Source of the DNA: Nitrosomonas europaea
GTDB taxonomy: Bacteria > Pseudomonadota > Gammaproteobacteria > Burkholderiales > Nitrosomonadaceae
Assembly (NCBI RefSeq): GCF_900167395.1
Contig: NZ_FUWK01000046.1
Coordinates: 1-19,335 of the forward strand
Length of the DNA stretch: 19,335 nucleotides
Direction of reading: 5' to 3'
Part shown: piece after piece, positions 15,907 to 19,335 of the stretch
Position numbering within the stretch: position 1 is the stretch's first letter
Layout of the letters: each line of letters starts with the position of its first letter
Program-made: the position numbers and the translations under genes
The notes under the pieces: model-generated
Told to the model about the DNA's origin: nothing
Seen by the model: the letters and a program-made list of their open reading frames with translations, nothing else
The model's database searches: none

Positions 15907-17079
15907 CTAATAGATCGGCAGCGATTGGTCGACTTCCCTGATCCACGCGAGAATCCCGCCATCCAGGCTTTTGACGTTGGTGAAACCTTGCTTCTGCATT
16001 TCGAGCAGCACATCACGTGAACGCATCCCCATCTTGCAGTGCAACACGATGAAATCCTCCTTGTTCATCGCGGCCAGAACCTCTTCTGACATGATGCGGC
16101 TCTTGGGAATATGTTTTGCGCCTTCAATGTGCACGATGTCCCACTCTTCGATTCCACGAACGTCGATAAGCTGGACATCCGTACCGTTCTCTTTAATTGC
16201 TTTCAGTTCACGTGCGCTGATTACCGGAATCGTATCCGCGTAAGTAGCTGAAACAGGATTGACGCTGCAAAACCTCTGGTAATCGATCAGCCCATCGATC
16301 GCAGTCCTGTTCGGAGCACGATGCAATGGGATGAAGCGGTAACTCATTTCCAGTGCATCGTAAACAGCCAATCGTCCGAGCATGGTTTCACCAATGCCGG
16401 TGATGAGCTTGATGGCCTCGGTTGCCATCATTGCCCCGATGGAAGCACACAAAATCCCCAGTACGCCTCCTTCGGCACACGAGGGCGCCATTTCAGGCGG
16501 TGGTGGTTCAGGGTATAAATCCCGATAATTCAGGCCCTTTCCGCCTGGAGCGTTTTCCCAGAATACGGAAACCTGGCCTTCGAACCGGAAAATGGATCCC
16601 CACACATAGGGTTTATCAGCCAGCACACAGGCATCGTTCACCAGATAGCGTGTTGCAAAATTATCGGTGCCATCGACTATCAGGTCATACCCCGATATAA
16701 CCGCATGTGCATTGACTACCTCAAGCCGTTCACGATGAAGATTAACCTTGACGTACGGATTCAATTCATTAATTGCATCACATGCACTTTCCGATTTTGG
16801 CCGGCCAATATCGGATTGTCCGTGAATGATTTGGCGCTGCAGATTGGATTCATCGACGACATCAAAATCAATAATCCCGATCGTACCCACACCCGCAGCA
16901 GCCAGGTATAACAACACTGGAGAACCCAGTCCTCCCGCTCCAATCACCAGCACTTTACTGCTTTTGAGCCGACGCTGGCCTATGAGACCTACTTCAGGAA
17001 TCAGCAGATGGCGGCTGTAACGTGAAATCTCATCCTTACTCAGTTCTGCTGCGGGATTAACTAACGGTGGCAAACGCAT
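15907..17079 (-). CDS. moeZ: MoeZ/MoeBR-type E1-like adenylyltransferase fused to a C-terminal rhodanese domain (sulfur-carrier-protein activating enzyme)
   Basis: 390 aa starting at the ATG at 17079 (MRLPPLVNPAAELSKDEISRYSRHLLIPEVG...), with a GGGAG Shine-Dalgarno 7 nt upstream. It has the ThiF/MoeB nucleotide loop VLVIGAGGLGSP, NYRDLYPEPPPPEMAPSCAEGGVLG, and the rhodanese active-site loop HCKMGMRS. It is very similar along its whole length to M. tuberculosis MoeZ as I remember it. Confidence 0.93.
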   Translation of the reverse strand: MRLPPLVNPAAELSKDEISRYSRHLLIPEVGLIGQRRLKSSKVLVIGAGGLGSPVLLYLAAAGVGTIGIIDFDVVDESNLQRQIIHGQSDIGRPKSESACDAINELNPYVKVNLHRERLEVVNAHAVISGYDLIVDGTDNFATRYLVNDACVLADKPYVWGSIFRFEGQVSVFWENAPGGKGLNYRDLYPEPPPPEMAPSCAEGGVLGILCASIGAMMATEAIKLITGIGETMLGRLAVYDALEMSYRFIPLHRAPNRTAIDGLIDYQRFCSVNPVSATYADTIPVISARELKAIKENGTDVQLIDVRGIEEWDIVHIEGAKHIPKSRIMSEEVLAAMNKEDFIVLHCKMGMRSRDVLLEMQKQGFTNVKSLDGGILAWIREVDQSLPIY

Positions 17080-17110
17080 ATAAACTCCCTGTTGTTTATT
17101 CCACGTGTTT

Positions 17111-17270
17111 GTTCCGATTATTCGTATCACTGATCACCCTTTTGATAAGCAAAAGGAAATGGCGCACGCTTTTAATTTGTATTCCGATTACATAAAAAAT
17201 CAGTATTCGCAAAATTTAAACTAAAAAATCGGAATTGAGAATGTGACAAATTGTCGCGCGTCAATTTGTC
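17111..17270. promoter_or_regulatory. candidate operator/promoter region of the moeZ-led operon: three copies of TTCCGATT plus a 9-8-9 palindrome
   Basis: GTTCCGATTA lies at 17111-17120, ATTCCGATTA at 17181-17190, and the inverted copy AATCGGAAT at 17227-17235. The perfect inverted repeat GACAAATTG (17245-17253)-N8-CAATTTGTC (17262-17270) sits just upstream of them. All lie 33-190 nt upstream of the moeZ ATG in an AT-rich 349-nt intergenic region. I could not pick out a convincing sigma-70 -35/-10 pair. Confidence 0.4.
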
Positions 17271-17479
17271 GCAGGCATGATCTGCCTGAACAGAAATGTA
17301 GCCAACAGACAGGAAATGCAGAATTTTTTTCCTGATGACCGGAAGCGTATTTGAACGAGAACAGGGGGGTAAAACTGATTGAGGCTGTGTCTGGATACTC
17401 CGGATGTCTGACTCCACTTTTTCAGATATCTCCCGGATCTTATCCAGTTGAAACGAAGGATAAAATTTATTGGAGGCGC

Positions 17480-18145
17480 TTACCTGCCCGGCCTGTGCTG
17501 ATCAGGTTCAGGCATAACACAATCAGCTTTCTCCAGAAAACCGGAGTGACCAAGCCTGACAGTTTCTCCTGTCTGGAATTGAGGGGGAGTTCGCTGCGTC
17601 ATGACATGGTAATGGCCATCATCCGCCAGCAAGCCGATTTTGAAATAAACCGGCTCCACGATATTCTTGTGAGGTGGAAAATATCCACTGCTTCCGGCCA
17701 CCGCCACATCAGCATAAAATAATTTTTCTCCATGCTGACCATACGGTATGGCTGCCATCCCCGGAATAAACGTATCGACACGACCAGGATCGCCATAATA
17801 TGGCTGCATCACGAATTCGATACGATCAACAATTCCACAACGGCCTGGTGCAAGTAACTGCGGTGGAATAAATGCTGCTGCCGCATCTGTGCTTCTGGTA
17901 CGGCGATAGGGAGGTTTTTTCAACTCGCTGTTATCCTGCCCGGCTTCTGTAGAAGAAAGTACGGCTGCCGGCCTGGATTTTCTTCGATCCCTGATTTCCT
18001 GATACCCGGTGAATGTATCCGCGCCAATTGCCTCTGCAACCTGCCGGGCATCCGAAACCGGAATATGTCCGGCTATGCCTGTTCCAGTCAGCAATAGCAA
18101 AAGCATTGCCTTTTTACAAAAAATGCGTGCCATGTAGCCAGACAT
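17480..18145 (-). CDS. secreted hypothetical protein
   Basis: 221 aa with a signal-peptide-like N-terminus MSGYMARIFCKKAMLLLLLTGTGIAG. A GGAG Shine-Dalgarno lies 6 nt before the ATG at 18145. I recognise no family motif. Confidence 0.6.
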   Translation of the reverse strand: MSGYMARIFCKKAMLLLLLTGTGIAGHIPVSDARQVAEAIGADTFTGYQEIRDRRKSRPAAVLSSTEAGQDNSELKKPPYRRTRSTDAAAAFIPPQLLAPGRCGIVDRIEFVMQPYYGDPGRVDTFIPGMAAIPYGQHGEKLFYADVAVAGSSGYFPPHKNIVEPVYFKIGLLADDGHYHVMTQRTPPQFQTGETVRLGHSGFLEKADCVMPEPDQHRPGR

Positions 18146-18253
18146 ACAGACTCCAGAATGATCAGAGATGTAATGCAGCAGTATATCGGCGCTGATTCCC
18201 GCTATCTGAAGCTTCCCCGGAAATTGATGTAAAGCAGTTTTTCAACCTGCCGG

Positions 18254-19335
18254 TCAATCTTCCTTGCGCAACTGCGGGAACAGAATCACATCACGAATGC
18301 TGGGGGAATCAGTCAGCAACATCACCAGTCGATCGATCCCGATTCCTTCTCCCGCGGTTGGCGGCAGCCCATATTCCAATGCCTGAATATAATCAGCATC
18401 ATAGTGCATGGCTTCCAGATCACCAGCCTCTTTCGCTCTGGCCTGCTCAAGGAAGCGGTTGGCCTGATCTTCAGGGTCATTCAACTCGGAAAACCCGTTC
18501 GCAATTTCCCGCCCGGCGATATAAAGCTCGAAACGATCGGTAATTTCCGGATTGGCATCGTTACAACGTGCCAGCGGAGAAACCTCAGCCGGATAATCAA
18601 CGATAAATACCGGCTCAAACAGCAAGTGCTCGGTCGTTTCATCGAAAAGAGCCAGTTGCAGCCCGCCAATTCCACTATCAGGGTTTACAGTAACCCCTTT
18701 TGCCTGTAGCGCTTTAGTAAGAAAATCCCGATCATTGAGCTGTGCATCAGAATATTCGGGATGATATTTCAGGATCGCCTGCGCAATGGTCAGCCGGGCG
18801 AAAGGTTGTGCCAGATCCATTTCGCGCTGCTGATAAACGATGCGAGTTGTTCCCGATACTTTCAACGCGACTTCACGCAGCATGGATTCCGTCAGATCCA
18901 TCAGATAATTGTGATCCTGATAAGCTTCATAAAACTCCAGCATGGTAAATTCAGGATTGTGGCGGGTAGATATCCCTTCATTCCTGAAATTCCGGTTGAT
19001 TTCAAAAACCTTTTCCATACCGCCCACCACCAGCCGCTTCAGGTAAAGTTCCGGGGCAATGCGCAGATACAGGGACATATCCAGCGCATTATGATGAGTT
19101 ACAAAAGGACGCGCAGTGGCACCGCCGGGAATGGAATGCATCATCGGTGTTTCAACTTCGAGATAATCCCGATCGACGAGGAACTCACGGATCGCCTGAA
19201 TGATCTTCGAACGAATCGCAAACACCCTGCGTGTATCTTCATTCGTGATCAGATCGAGATACCGGCGCCGGTATTTCTGTTCCTGATCGGCCAGCCCGTG
19301 GAATTTTTCCGGTAAGGGCCGCAAAGATTTGGTCA
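18254..19335 (-). CDS. lysS: lysine--tRNA ligase (class II), C-terminal ~360 codons; the 5' end lies beyond the right edge
   Basis: ...[38 protein letters not shown]...[46 protein letters not shown]...[19 protein letters not shown]...[20 protein letters not shown] is colinear with E. coli LysS. The track 'M' at 19324 is an internal TTG (Leu), and the frame stays open to 19335. Confidence 0.97.
   Translation of the reverse strand, partial: TKSLRPLPEKFHGLADQEQKYRRRYLDLITNEDTRRVFAIRSKIIQAIREFLVDRDYLEVETPMMHSIPGGATARPFVTHHNALDMSLYLRIAPELYLKRLVVGGMEKVFEINRNFRNEGISTRHNPEFTMLEFYEAYQDHNYLMDLTESMLREVALKVSGTTRIVYQQREMDLAQPFARLTIAQAILKYHPEYSDAQLNDRDFLTKALQAKGVTVNPDSGIGGLQLALFDETTEHLLFEPVFIVDYPAEVSPLARCNDANPEITDRFELYIAGREIANGFSELNDPEDQANRFLEQARAKEAGDLEAMHYDADYIQALEYGLPPTAGEGIGIDRLVMLLTDSPSIRDVILFPQLRKED

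Noticed and set aside
15806-15946. N-terminal extensions suggested by the ORF track for JAMM (15946); the same pattern occurs for moeZ (17130), GH88-like (6452), MFS (10081) and CoA-transferase (14869)
   Set aside because: Where I checked the codon, these track starts are GTG or TTG codons, and they overlap the upstream gene or lack an SD. In each case an internal ATG with a good Shine-Dalgarno coincides with the start of the conserved domain.
8831-17079. Reading the MoeZ/JAMM/CysO-like trio as the mycobacterial-type alternative cysteine biosynthesis pathway
   Set aside because: That pathway needs a PLP-dependent CysM (O-phosphoserine sulfhydrylase) next to cysO. No PLP-enzyme-like ORF exists anywhere in the window, and the SCP gene is followed instead by CoA-transferase, ANL-ligase and ACAD genes. 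A CysM encoded elsewhere cannot be excluded.
17172-17417. 81-aa ORF on the minus strand filling the intergenic region upstream of moeZ
   Set aside because: It has a GTG start without a Shine-Dalgarno, an AT-rich low-complexity translation and no recognisable domain. It overlaps the repeated motifs and palindrome, which are better explained as regulatory DNA.
17080-17479. Fur box, FNR/CRP site or Moco/SAM-type riboswitch upstream of the moeZ-like gene
   Set aside because: The best Fur-like stretch (GATTATTCGTATCACTGAT) matches only about 10 of 19 positions of the consensus I remember. TGTGA-N6-GTCGC is a poor CRP half-match. I see none of the conserved riboswitch cores. A covariance-model scan would be needed to exclude them formally.
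17351-17722. 123-aa plus-strand ORF
   Set aside because: It has a TTG start and lies mostly antisense to the better-supported 221-aa secreted-protein gene. It has no motif and looks like a typical shadow ORF.
1-19335. Mobile elements, CRISPR arrays, tRNA/rRNA genes, integrases or long direct repeats that would mark the operon as a genomic island
   Set aside because: None was seen in any intergenic region (598-882, 3849-3956, 15153-15358, 17080-17479, 18146-18253). By eye, base composition looks similar across the window. A k-mer or GC-skew calculation was not possible here.

Overview
This 19.3 kb chromosomal segment appears to come from a Nitrosomonas-type ammonia oxidiser. The left edge carries the N-terminus of hydroxylamine oxidoreductase, which I recognise from memory rather than from a search. 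No tRNA, rRNA, CRISPR array, IS element or integrase was found. Gene order, left to right: hao' (-), rpsT (-), acs (+) translationally coupled to an MBL-fold hydrolase (+). A minus-strand trio follows: an outer-membrane beta-barrel, a GH88-like (alpha/alpha)6 protein, and a secreted amidohydrolase with a His-rich insert. Then come an alpha/beta hydrolase (+), a seven-gene minus-strand operon, a secreted hypothetical protein (-) and lysS' (-). The main finding is the seven-gene operon at 17079->8831. It encodes a MoeZ-type E1-rhodanese, a JAMM/MPN+ metalloprotease and a CysO-like sulfur-carrier protein ending in GG. Downstream are an internally duplicated family-III CoA-transferase, an ANL acyl-adenylate/CoA ligase, an acyl-CoA-dehydrogenase-family flavoprotein with Asp at the catalytic-base position, and an MFS transporter. 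There is no CysM-type PLP enzyme. I read it as a self-sufficient thiocarboxylate (thioacid) small-molecule pathway of the PDTC / thioquinolobactin / thioplatensimycin type. Its upstream region carries a thrice-repeated TTCCGATT motif and a 9-8-9 palindrome. All family calls are by-eye motif recognition on the supplied translations, and no searches were run.
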